Shown here: positions 30,581 through 39,128 of the stretch, in pieces
Numbering within the stretch: position 1 is the stretch's first letter
How the letters are laid out: every line of letters starts with the position of its first letter
Assembly (NCBI GenBank): GCA_963662615.2
Contig: CAXXSR010000002.1
Location: 96,001-160,000 of the forward strand
Direction of reading: 5' to 3'
Origin: Dehalococcoidia bacterium
GTDB taxonomy: Bacteria > Chloroflexota > Dehalococcoidia > Bin125
Length of the DNA stretch: 64,000 nucleotides
Made by a program: the position numbers and the translations under genes
Notes under the pieces: model-generated
Seen by the model: only the letters and a program-made list of their open reading frames with translations
What the model was told of the DNA's origin: nothing
Databases searched by the model: none

Positions 30581-30628
30581 GAGGGCCCCATTATGGCAGA
30601 CGCGATGGGGAAATTACAGGGCTAAACC

Positions 30629-31045
30629 CTAGGGGGTCAGGCGCCGGCCCGCCGCCAGGGTCCGGTGGGTCTTGGCGACGAGCAGCAGGGCGAGGCCGAA
30701 CACGAGCAGGCCGTTGGGGACGTGCAGGATGGCGACCCAGCGGGCCTCTTCCGAGGTCAGGCTGCCCAGCAGCCACTGGATGATCCAGAGGAGCGCCAGG
30801 GCGATGGCGAGGCGGAGGACGCGGGATTCCCCGGGGAAGCGGGTGACGTATGCCAGGATTACCAGCACGACCACGAAGATCATCGATACGAAACCGAGAT
30901 CCCGGTGTGCATCGATCAGGTCGCCGTTGAACTTGTCGTAGAAGCCGCCGAAGAGGAACGCTTGCAGGATGACGAGCAGCGGGGTCAGGGAGACGAGCCA
31001 GGCGAAGGCCCGAGCGAGCTGAGGGCGTTGCGGGGATCGTTCCAT
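30629..31045 (-). CDS. four-TM membrane protein (DUF6220-like)
   Basis: LQAFLFG, AHRDLG, LHVPNGLL in a hydrophobic context. Confidence 0.7.
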   Translation of the reverse strand: MERSPQRPQLARAFAWLVSLTPLLVILQAFLFGGFYDKFNGDLIDAHRDLGFVSMIFVVVLVILAYVTRFPGESRVLRLAIALALLWIIQWLLGSLTSEEARWVAILHVPNGLLVFGLALLLVAKTHRTLAAGRRLTP

Positions 31046-31160
31046 GCGATTTTCTCGTTATCGCGCGTCCGCGCGGGCTCGTTATCGCGCGGCCGCGCGG
31101 GCAGGCCCAGGCGCGGGGCGCATCGCTGGGTGACGCTCTGAAGCGGAGCGCCAGCCGTGA

Positions 31161-32162
31161 CTAGTCGGCCTTCTCCTGCAGCCAGGCCATCATGCCGCGG
31201 AGTTCCGCGCCCACGGCCTCGACGGGGTGCTGCTTGGCGCGTTCGCGCAGCTTCAAGAAGGCGGGCCGGCCGGCGCTGTTCTCCAGGATCCACTCGCGGG
31301 CGAAAGCGCCCGAGCGGATCTCCTCCAGCACCTCCTTCATGCGCTCCTTGACGCCGGCATCGATGATGCGGGCGCCGCGGGAGTAGTCGCCGTATTCGGC
31401 GGTGTCGGAGATGGAGTAGCGCATGTTGCCGAAGCCGCCCTCATAGATGAGGTCCACGATGAGCTTGAGTTCGTGGACGGTTTCGAAGTAGGCGGACTCG
31501 GGCTGGTAGCCGGCGTCGACCAGGGTCTCGAAGGCGGCGTGCATGAGGGCGGAGACGCCGCCGCAGAGCACGGTCTGCTCGCCGAAGAGATCGGTCTCGG
31601 TCTCCTCCAAGAAGGTGGTTTCCAGGACGCCGGCGCGGGTGGCGCCGAGGCCGCGGGCGTAGGCGAGCGCGGTCTGCTTGGCGGTCTCGGAGGCGTTCTG
31701 ATGGACGGCGAGCAGGGCGGGCACGCCGCCGCCGGCCTCGAAGACGCGGCGGACGAGGTGGCCGGGCCCTTTGGGCGCGATCATGGAGACGTCGACCTCT
31801 TCGGGGGCCTCGATTTGGTTGTAGTGAATGTTGAAGCCGTGCGCGAACATGAGCGTCTTGCCCTCGCGCATGCCGTGGGCGATGTGGTTGTCGTAGAGTT
31901 CCTTCTGGATGTGGTCCGGGGCGAGGAGCATGACGATGTCGGCCTCTTCCGCCACCTCATCCACGGTGCCCACCCTGAGACCGAGATCTTCCGCCGTTTT
32001 CCAGGAGCGCGAGCCGGGGTAGAGCCCCACGATCACCTTGACGCCGCTATCGCGCAGGTTGAGGGCGTGGGCGTGGCCCTGGCTGCCGAAGCCAATGACG
32101 CCCACGGTCCGGCCTTCAATGAACTTCATGTCCGCATCTGCGTCGTAGTACATCTGCGCCAT
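31161..32162 (-). CDS. ilvC: ketol-acid reductoisomerase
   Basis: [35 protein letters not shown]. Confidence 0.98.
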   Translation of the reverse strand: MAQMYYDADADMKFIEGRTVGVIGFGSQGHAHALNLRDSGVKVIVGLYPGSRSWKTAEDLGLRVGTVDEVAEEADIVMLLAPDHIQKELYDNHIAHGMREGKTLMFAHGFNIHYNQIEAPEEVDVSMIAPKGPGHLVRRVFEAGGGVPALLAVHQNASETAKQTALAYARGLGATRAGVLETTFLEETETDLFGEQTVLCGGVSALMHAAFETLVDAGYQPESAYFETVHELKLIVDLIYEGGFGNMRYSISDTAEYGDYSRGARIIDAGVKERMKEVLEEIRSGAFAREWILENSAGRPAFLKLRERAKQHPVEAVGAELRGMMAWLQEKAD

Positions 32163-32257
32163 GGTGGTGCGCTCCTTCATGCTGCGGCAGGTCCGCGGCG
32201 CCATGCTAGCGGGCTAGGGCGGCGCGCGCCTAGGCTCGCGGCCGGCCTGCGGCGGGA

Positions 32258-32575
32258 TCAGGGTGAACGGAGGGGGCCTCACCCCCCGGCCCCCTCTCCA
32301 TCGGTGAGCGATGGAGAGGGGGGGTGCGTTCGTCCTTCGACAAGCTCCTTCCGCGGGGGGAGGGACAGGTCAGGACGAACGGGCGGAGTGGCCCTTCGAC
32401 CCTTCGACAGGCTCAGGGCAGGCAGGCTCAGGACGAACGGGCGAGGTGACCCTTCGACAAGCTCAGGGTGAGCGGAGGACCTCACCCCCGGCCCCCTCTC
32501 CATCCTTCCTCGGAAGGATGGAGAGGGGGAGTGTTCGTCCTTCGACCCTTCGACGGACTAGTCGCTGGTGAACGG
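32258..32575. repeat. composite REP-like cluster (CCTTCGACAAGCTCAGG family and CCCCCTCTCCAT..ATGGAGAGGGGG family)
   Basis: multiple nested copies; the same families occur at 21608, 25986, 28586, 36411, 40903 and 48598. Confidence 0.88.
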
Positions 32576-33148
32576 CAGGGCGCCATCCGGGCGGCGGCCC
32601 AGCTGCGCCCGCGCGGCCTCGGCGGCGTGCTCGTCGGCGCTGATGGGGGCGGGCTTGCTGGTGGACGATCCGCGGACCATGGCGACGCGCCCGGTGCGCA
32701 CGATCTCGGTGATGCCGTAGGGCCGGAGGAGGCCTTCGAGGGCGTCAACTTTGCCTTCGTCGCCGAGGACCTGCACGATGAGGCTGGCATCACCCACGTC
32801 TACGACGTCGGCGCGGAAGACGCCCGCCAGCTCGATAATCTGGCGACGTGCGTCGGGAGCGCAGGCCACCTTTATCAGCGCCAGCTCGCGATCCACCATG
32901 GGTTGATCGGTGATGTTGACGACGGAGGCGACCTCGATCAGCTTGAAGAGTTGCCGCTCGACCTGCTGGACGGTGTGGCCGTCGCCCTCGACGACAATGG
33001 TCATTCGGCTGAGGCCGGGCTCGTCGGAGTGGCCCACGGTGAGGCTCTCAATGTTGAAGCCGCGCCGGCGGAAGAGGGAGGCGACCCGGGCCAGGACGCC
33101 GGGGCGGTCCTCCACGTGCGCGACGATGGTGTTGCGGGACGCCATCAT
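32558..33148 (-). CDS. ilvN: acetolactate synthase small subunit
   Basis: VEDRPGVLARVASLFRRRGFNIESL, RELALIKV, EIVRTG. Confidence 0.96.
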   Translation of the reverse strand: MMASRNTIVAHVEDRPGVLARVASLFRRRGFNIESLTVGHSDEPGLSRMTIVVEGDGHTVQQVERQLFKLIEVASVVNITDQPMVDRELALIKVACAPDARRQIIELAGVFRADVVDVGDASLIVQVLGDEGKVDALEGLLRPYGITEIVRTGRVAMVRGSSTSKPAPISADEHAAEAARAQLGRRPDGALPFTSD

Positions 33149-33179
33149 GTTCCCCTTGCAGAGGTGGTGGTAGGCGCGA

Positions 33180-34859
33180 TCATATTTCGCTCGCCGATTC
33201 GACGGTCTCGGAGAGAGAGGCGCCGGCGGGCACCATGGGCCAGACGTTCTCTTCGTCTACGACGCGGAAGTCCATGACGACCGGCCCGGGATGGGCGATG
33301 GCTTCTGCGATGGTGTCGCGGGCCTCGTTGCGGGTGGTGGCGCGCAGCCCTTTGATGCCGTAGGCGTCGGCGAGCTTGACGAAGTCAGGCTGGTCCAGCT
33401 GAGCGGACTGCAGGTTGTTCTGGTAGAAGAGCTCCTGCCACTGGCGGATCATGCCGAGGTGGAGGTTGTTGAAGATGGCGAGCTTCACGGGCAAGTTGTG
33501 CTCATGGATGGTCTGCAGCTCCTGGCAGGTCATCTGGAAGCCGCCGTCGCCGCAGAACGCCCAGACCGGCTCCTGGCGGGCGAACTGCGCGCCCATGGCG
33601 GCGGGCACCTCATAGCCCATGGTGCCGAGGCCGCCGCTGGTCACCCACTGCCGCGGCCGCGTGAAGCCGTAATGCTGGGCCGCCCACATTTGGTGCTGCC
33701 CGACGCCGGTAACGATGGTCGCTTGGCTCTCGGTGGCGGCGGCGATGGCCTGGACGAGCCAGGGGCTGCTGATGTCGGTGCCCTCGGTGACGTAGTCGGT
33801 GGGGTGTTCGGCCTTGAGCGCGTCGATCCAGGCGATCCAGTCGGGGTGCTGGGCCGGCTGCAGGAGGGGGTTGAGCTTTTTCAGCGTCTCGCGCACGTCG
33901 CCCTGGATGGGGGCGTGAGTGACGAAGTTCTTGCCGAGCTCGGCGGGGTCGATGTCGATGTGGATGATCTTGGCGCCGGGGTTGAAGTCCTTGAAGCGGC
34001 CCATGGCGCGGTCGTCGAAGCGCATGCCGATGCCCAGGACGACGTCGGCTTTATCGGCGGCCATGTTGCAGTAGTAGTGGCCGTGCATGCCCATGAAGCC
34101 GTAGGCGAGTCGGTGGTCCTCCGGGAATCCGGAGATCCCCAGCAGCGTGGTGAGGACGGGGATGTCGGCTTTCTCCGCGAGCTGCAAGAGCTCCGCGGTG
34201 GCGCCGGACTGGATCACCCCGTGGCCCGCCAGAATGATGGGCTTGGCGCTCTGATTAATGAGTTCGGCGGCGCACTCAACCTCGGCGTCGAGGGGGCGGT
34301 CGACGATGGGGTAGCCGCGCAAGTGGACGCTGGTGGGGTAGCCGTCAAAGTCGGCCTCCTCCAGGAAAACGTCCTTGGGGATGTCCACCAGCACCGGGCC
34401 CTTGCGGCCCGTAGAGGCGATGTGGAACGCCTCCTTGACGGACTGGGCAATTTCGCTAGCGCGCATCACAAGGTAGTTGTGCTTGGTGATGGGCAGAGTG
34501 ATGCCGGTGATGTCTGCCTCTTGGAAGCCGTCGCGGCCGAGGAGGTCGCGGGCGACGTTGCCGGTGAGGGCGACGATGGGAATGGAATCCATGTAGGCCG
34601 AGCAGATACCGGTGACGAGGTTGGTGGCGCCGGGCCCGGAGGTGGCGAGGCAGACGCCGGTGCGGCCGCTGACGCGGGCGTAGGCGTCGGCGGCATGGGC
34701 CGCGGCCTGCTCATGGCGGACGAGGACGTGCTTGATCTGCGGGTAGAGGCTGAACTTGTGATAGAGGGGCAAGACCACGCCGCCGGGATAGCCGAAGACG
34801 AGGTCCACGCCCTCGGCGTCGAGACACTCCAGGAGGATCTCCGCACCGCTGAGTTTCAT
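33180..34859 (-). CDS. ilvB: acetolactate synthase large subunit
   Basis: FGYPGG, RHEQ, TSGPGATN, GVGQHQMW, GDGGFQM. Confidence 0.97.
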   Translation of the reverse strand: MKLSGAEILLECLDAEGVDLVFGYPGGVVLPLYHKFSLYPQIKHVLVRHEQAAAHAADAYARVSGRTGVCLATSGPGATNLVTGICSAYMDSIPIVALTGNVARDLLGRDGFQEADITGITLPITKHNYLVMRASEIAQSVKEAFHIASTGRKGPVLVDIPKDVFLEEADFDGYPTSVHLRGYPIVDRPLDAEVECAAELINQSAKPIILAGHGVIQSGATAELLQLAEKADIPVLTTLLGISGFPEDHRLAYGFMGMHGHYYCNMAADKADVVLGIGMRFDDRAMGRFKDFNPGAKIIHIDIDPAELGKNFVTHAPIQGDVRETLKKLNPLLQPAQHPDWIAWIDALKAEHPTDYVTEGTDISSPWLVQAIAAATESQATIVTGVGQHQMWAAQHYGFTRPRQWVTSGGLGTMGYEVPAAMGAQFARQEPVWAFCGDGGFQMTCQELQTIHEHNLPVKLAIFNNLHLGMIRQWQELFYQNNLQSAQLDQPDFVKLADAYGIKGLRATTRNEARDTIAEAIAHPGPVVMDFRVVDEENVWPMVPAGASLSETVESASEI

Positions 34860-34984
34860 GATGCCCTCTCCGCGACGGGTGGATCGTGCCGTCGCTTCAT
34901 TGTCTGGGGTCCTGAGATGAAGGGGAACGCGCGAGCCGTACGTTCTTCAGGCCGCGCGGTTTCGGCCTCCTCGGGACGCGGACT

Positions 34985-35098
34985 TTAGCGTCCGAGAAGG
35001 GCGGCGGAGCGTCCTACGAGACGCGGGTGCGCCGAGAGCGTGGCTCCTGGCGCGCGCGAAGTCGCCTCCACAGTGGATCGACGCGAGAGCGTGGGCAT
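34985..35098 (-). promoter_or_regulatory. putative leader peptide of ilvB (37 aa ending RLVGRSAALLGR)
   Basis: TACCAT -10 box upstream; Leu/Val codons clustered before TAA; hairpins follow. Confidence 0.35.
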
Positions 35099-35213
35099 GT
35101 CGGGCCCGTTCCGCTTGGCCGGTCGATTGAACACAGGAACCATGGTAGCGCACCGCGAGCGGATACCGCGAGAGGCGGGAACGCCAGCCTTAGCTCCAGC
35201 CGCTGCTGCGGGC

Positions 35214-36386
35214 TTAGCTCCAGCCGCTGCTGCGGGCAACACCGCGCTGGGCGTACCAGGCAGCGGCGTCGACAGCGGCGGCGAGCGGTCCCAGCCGCGC
35301 TTTGAAGCCGACGTAGGTCGCGTCGCCTGTGACAATCTGGCAGAACGTGCGCCAGAAGCGCTGGGAGCGGTGCAGCATTTGGACGTAGGGCCAGGGCTGC
35401 TGGTGGAAGAGCGCTTGGAGCTGGCGCGAGACGCGAAGCTGGGGCTCGATCTGCGCTTCCAGCTCCCGCTGATAGCCGGCCAAGTCGGGGACCGCGCCCT
35501 GGAGGAGCCGGGCGATCTCCGTGGCGGCGAGCGCGCCCGAGCGAATGGCGGTGCCAATGCCCTCCCCGGAGAGGGGGTCGACCAGGCCGGCGGCGTCGCC
35601 GACGAAGGCGACCGGACCAACGGCGACGGTGGCGCCGGGGTCGCGGAGGGGGAGGTGATGGCCGCGGTGGTCGCGGAGGTGGTCGGGGTCAATTCCGGCA
35701 GCGACTACGTAGTCGTTGAGGGCGCGGCGGAGGGAGGGGCCGGCGACGGGCCAGCCGCCCACGCCGACGTTGCAGTGATCGGCCTTGGGGAAGATCCAGC
35801 CGTAGCCGCCGGGCAGGGAGCCGAGATCCAGTTCGATGGCGTCCCGGCAAGACGCGGGCACGCCTTGGACGTTGGCCTCCAGCGCGACGGCACGACGAAG
35901 GGGCGGAAGCCCCAAGGCGGGGCGGACGGCACCGTTGGCGCCGTCCGCGGCGACGGCGGCGCGCGCGGTGACGGCGTCACCGCCGTTGAAGCGGACGGTC
36001 ACGCCGCCGTCCTGCAGCTCCACGCCGGCGACCGCACGGCCGTCCTGGAAGCGGGCGCCGGCGCGCTCCGCCTGCTGCACGAGGAAGGCGTCAAGGCGGG
36101 CGCGTTGCGTCATCAGGGCCAGGGGGCGGTCGAATTGATGTGCGAATCGGTAGCGTCGCTTGTAGCGAACACGGAAGCCGGTGACCACGCGCTCGGTGAC
36201 GGGGTCAAGGGAAAAGGGGAGCTGCGCGGCGGCGCTGACCAGAACGCCGCCACCGCAGGGCTTGTGGCGCGGAAAGGTGGCGCGGTCCAGCAAGAGGACG
36301 CGGGCGTTGCCAGTGGCCAGTTCGCGGGCGGCGGTGGCGCCGGCGGGCCCGGCGCCGATCACGATGCAGTCGTAGGACGGATTCAT
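35214..36386 (-). CDS. geranylgeranyl reductase-family FAD oxidoreductase
   Basis: IGAGPAG, PRHKPCGGG, GYGWIFPK, VGDAAGLVDPLSGEGI. Confidence 0.92.
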   Translation of the reverse strand: MNPSYDCIVIGAGPAGATAARELATGNARVLLLDRATFPRHKPCGGGVLVSAAAQLPFSLDPVTERVVTGFRVRYKRRYRFAHQFDRPLALMTQRARLDAFLVQQAERAGARFQDGRAVAGVELQDGGVTVRFNGGDAVTARAAVAADGANGAVRPALGLPPLRRAVALEANVQGVPASCRDAIELDLGSLPGGYGWIFPKADHCNVGVGGWPVAGPSLRRALNDYVVAAGIDPDHLRDHRGHHLPLRDPGATVAVGPVAFVGDAAGLVDPLSGEGIGTAIRSGALAATEIARLLQGAVPDLAGYQRELEAQIEPQLRVSRQLQALFHQQPWPYVQMLHRSQRFWRTFCQIVTGDATYVGFKARLGPLAAAVDAAAWYAQRGVARSSGWS

Positions 36387-37042
36387 ATGCCGGGGCTCGC
36401 CGATTCCGGCGTTCGCCCTGAGCCTGTCGGAGGGCGAACGGAGTCGCTGTGGCGGCGTCGCTGGAGGCGGCGTCGCTGGAGGCGGCGTCGCTGGAGACGG
36501 TCGAAGGCGGCCTTCAAGCCCGCGAGGACGGGGGCCGAGAAGCAGAAGGCGATCACGGCCGCGTCCTGATGGAAGGCGATGGCGAGGAAGGGGAGAGGCG
36601 CTACCACGAGCAGGATGCCCAGTTCGGCGCGGCGGAGAAGCATGAAGGCAGCAGCGCCGACGGCGAATGTGAGCCCGAATTGCCAGGGCAGAAATGCGCC
36701 CGCGGCCCCCAGGGAGGTCGCGGCGGCGCGCCCGCCGTGGAAGCGCAGCCAGACGGGGAACATGTGGCCGAGCATGACGGTGTAGCCCGCCGCCAGCCAC
36801 CAACCGAGAGGGACGTCAAGCCAGCGCGCGATGGAGACGGCGAGCAAGCCCTTGCCAACGTCGAGGAGGAGGGCGACGTGGCCTGACCACCACCCGGCGC
36901 CGGCGTGGAGGGCGCTGGCGGAGCCGACGTTGCCGTCGCCGACGCGGCGCAAGTCCAGCCCGGTGCGCCAGTAGCAGATGAGCCAGGTGGTCGGGACGGA
37001 GCCGATCAGGTAGGCGAGCGCGATGGTCAGGGTTTCGTTCAT
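36383..37042 (-). CDS. plsY: glycerol-3-phosphate acyltransferase
   Basis: YLIGSVP, GDGNVG, DVGKG, GHMFPVWLRFHGGR; alternative start at 37057. Confidence 0.85.
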   Translation of the reverse strand: MNETLTIALAYLIGSVPTTWLICYWRTGLDLRRVGDGNVGSASALHAGAGWWSGHVALLLDVGKGLLAVSIARWLDVPLGWWLAAGYTVMLGHMFPVWLRFHGGRAAATSLGAAGAFLPWQFGLTFAVGAAAFMLLRRAELGILLVVAPLPFLAIAFHQDAAVIAFCFSAPVLAGLKAAFDRLQRRRLQRRRLQRRRHSDSVRPPTGSGRTPESASPGI

Positions 37043-37193
37043 GGGCGGACCGATCATGCCACGACGGGGCCGCTGGGCACAGGCCGCCGCGAGGTCCGAC
37101 GCCCTGCGGCGGTGTGACAGGGGAGCGCGATGGCGTAGCGGCCGCCTAGCAGCCGCCTAGCGGCCGGAGGCGCGCTGCCCGGGAGGGGCCCCG

Positions 37194-38147
37194 CTAGCTC
37201 TGCACTTGCGCGGAGACGGAGTGCTGGGCGTAGACGGGCGTGACCCAGTGCTCGTAACGGGCGAGCCGTCCTTGGATGGCGTCGAAGAAGAGCTTCTGCA
37301 GTTGCGCCGAGATCGTGCCGATGCCGCCATGGCCCACCTTGCGATTGTCGACTTCGAGGATGGGGGTGACGTGGGCGGCGGTGCCGGTCATGAAGACTTC
37401 GTCGGCGATGTAGAGCTCACTGCGATCGAGGCTGCGTTCGACCGTCCGCAGCCCCAACTCCGTGGCGGCAAGCTCGATCACCGTCGCGCGGGTGATGCCG
37501 ACGAGGATGTTGTCTTGGCTGGGAGGGGTATAGAGGACGCCGTCCTGGACGAGGAAGATGTTCTCGCCGCTGCCCTCGGAGACGTGGCCGTCGTTGTTGA
37601 GCATGATGGCCTCGTCGAAGCCGTGGTGGTTGGCCTCGGTCTTAGCGAGGGCGGAGTTGATGTAGATGCCGGTGACCTTGGCACGGGCGGGGATGGCAGT
37701 GTCATCCACACGCCGCCAGGAGGAGGTGCAGCAGCGAATGCCGGCGTCCAGGTCGAGATAGGCGCCGAAGGGGCTGGCGAAGATGAGGAAGTCTTCCTCC
37801 ACATCGTGGAGGCGGACGCCGAGCACCTCCTGCGACTTGTAGACGATGGGGCGGACGTAGAGATCCTCGTGGTAGCCGGTCTTGGCCACGAGTTCACGGG
37901 TGATCTTGTCCATCTCGTCGTCGCTGTAGCGGATCTCCATCATCAACACGCGCGCCGAGCGGCGCAGGCGGCGGTAGTGATCGCCCATGCGGAAGAGGTA
38001 GAGCTGCTCCTGCTCATCGTTCCAGTTGGCCCGGATCCCCTCGAAGACGGCGGTGCCGTAATTGAAGGCGTGGGTCATGACGCTGATCTTGGCGTCGGCG
38101 AGCGGCATGATCTCGCCATGGAGGAAGGCGTAGGGGGTGGGGGGCAT
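37194..38147 (-). CDS. ilvE: branched-chain amino acid aminotransferase
   Basis: HAFNYGTAVFEGIR, AKVTGIY, EGSGENIF, GITR, FMTGTAA. Confidence 0.96.
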   Translation of the reverse strand: MPPTPYAFLHGEIMPLADAKISVMTHAFNYGTAVFEGIRANWNDEQEQLYLFRMGDHYRRLRRSARVLMMEIRYSDDEMDKITRELVAKTGYHEDLYVRPIVYKSQEVLGVRLHDVEEDFLIFASPFGAYLDLDAGIRCCTSSWRRVDDTAIPARAKVTGIYINSALAKTEANHHGFDEAIMLNNDGHVSEGSGENIFLVQDGVLYTPPSQDNILVGITRATVIELAATELGLRTVERSLDRSELYIADEVFMTGTAAHVTPILEVDNRKVGHGGIGTISAQLQKLFFDAIQGRLARYEHWVTPVYAQHSVSAQVQS

Positions 38148-38241
38148 GAGGCGCGCGCTCCTTTCGAAGGCAGCGCCATTATACGGGCGGCAGGCGGCGG
38201 AGGCCGAGCGAAGCGGCCGGTCGTGGGCGGCGGTCGATGGT

Positions 38242-38895
38242 TTAGGCGCGTGGCGCGTCGACGGGCGGCGCAGGCTCGCGCGGCTTGAGCCCCTCCGCCA
38301 TCACATTGAAGGTGGCGCGCGCGATGGACTCCGCTTGGTCGGGGGGCAGGGAGTAGGCGTTGTCGACCAGATGGTCCATGACGCCGTGCAGGAGGGCAGC
38401 GGCCGCTCGAGGATCCACCTCGGGATTGAAGACGCGCTTGCTCTGCAAGGCGCCCACGATCTCTGCGATGAGCCGGTTCACGGATTCAGTGATCTGCCGG
38501 TCGAGCTCGGCGATGTCGGGCTCAGTGCCAGAGCGGACGGCTAGCTGCTGAAAGAACTGCATTGCCTGGGGATGATCTCGATGCCAGTCGAGGATGGCGC
38601 GGTAGGTCGCCAGCAACGACTCCTCCGCTGACTCGGCGCTGATCGCGATCTTGCCGACGAAGGGCATCTCATCGGCGAGCGGGTCCTCCAGGAGCGACTT
38701 TCTGAGCACGGCCAGATACAGCTCGCGCTTTCCTGGAAAGTGGAAAAAGATGCCGCCTCGGGTGAGGCCGGTGGCGGCCTCCAGATCGCGGACGGTGGCG
38801 CCTTCGTAGCCATGTTCCGCGAACACTCCGGCGGCGGCCGTGAGGATCTCGTCGCGGCGGGATTGAGCTTCGTCATCGGTCATTTTGGCAGGCAT
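38242..38895 (-). CDS. TetR/AcrR-family regulator
   Basis: ILTAAAGVFAEHGYEGATV..GLTRGGIFFHFPGKREL. Confidence 0.93.
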   Translation of the reverse strand: MPAKMTDDEAQSRRDEILTAAAGVFAEHGYEGATVRDLEAATGLTRGGIFFHFPGKRELYLAVLRKSLLEDPLADEMPFVGKIAISAESAEESLLATYRAILDWHRDHPQAMQFFQQLAVRSGTEPDIAELDRQITESVNRLIAEIVGALQSKRVFNPEVDPRAAAALLHGVMDHLVDNAYSLPPDQAESIARATFNVMAEGLKPREPAPPVDAPRA

Positions 38896-38961
38896 GCCGC
38901 CCCTCCGGTCGCGCTCACTCTTGCCGGCCCCGGAGCGGCAGGGCCCAAGGGGAGCAGGAAG

Positions 38962-39110
38962 TGCCGTACGTTCGTTAGGTATAGTGTACCTGGCTGAGTT
39001 CACGATTATGTCGCTTCTGCCTGGTAGATACCGTACGGATGTTAGCTACTTGATACTTAGATAACGAACGTACGGTATTACTATCCTTCCAACAAGACGT
39101 CCGTACGGTA
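38962..39110. promoter_or_regulatory. four putative TetR operators
   Basis: TACCGTACG(G/T)(A/T)(C/T)GT(T/C)W-like 16-mers at 38962 and 39029 (+), 39062 and 39095 (-). Confidence 0.75.
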
Positions 39111-39128
39111 TGCAGGGAGGGTAGAGCA

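Noticed and set aside
34860-35150. T-box riboswitch before ilvB, leuA or leuC
   Set aside because: No GGTGGNACC T-box bulge motif or U-tailed terminator seen
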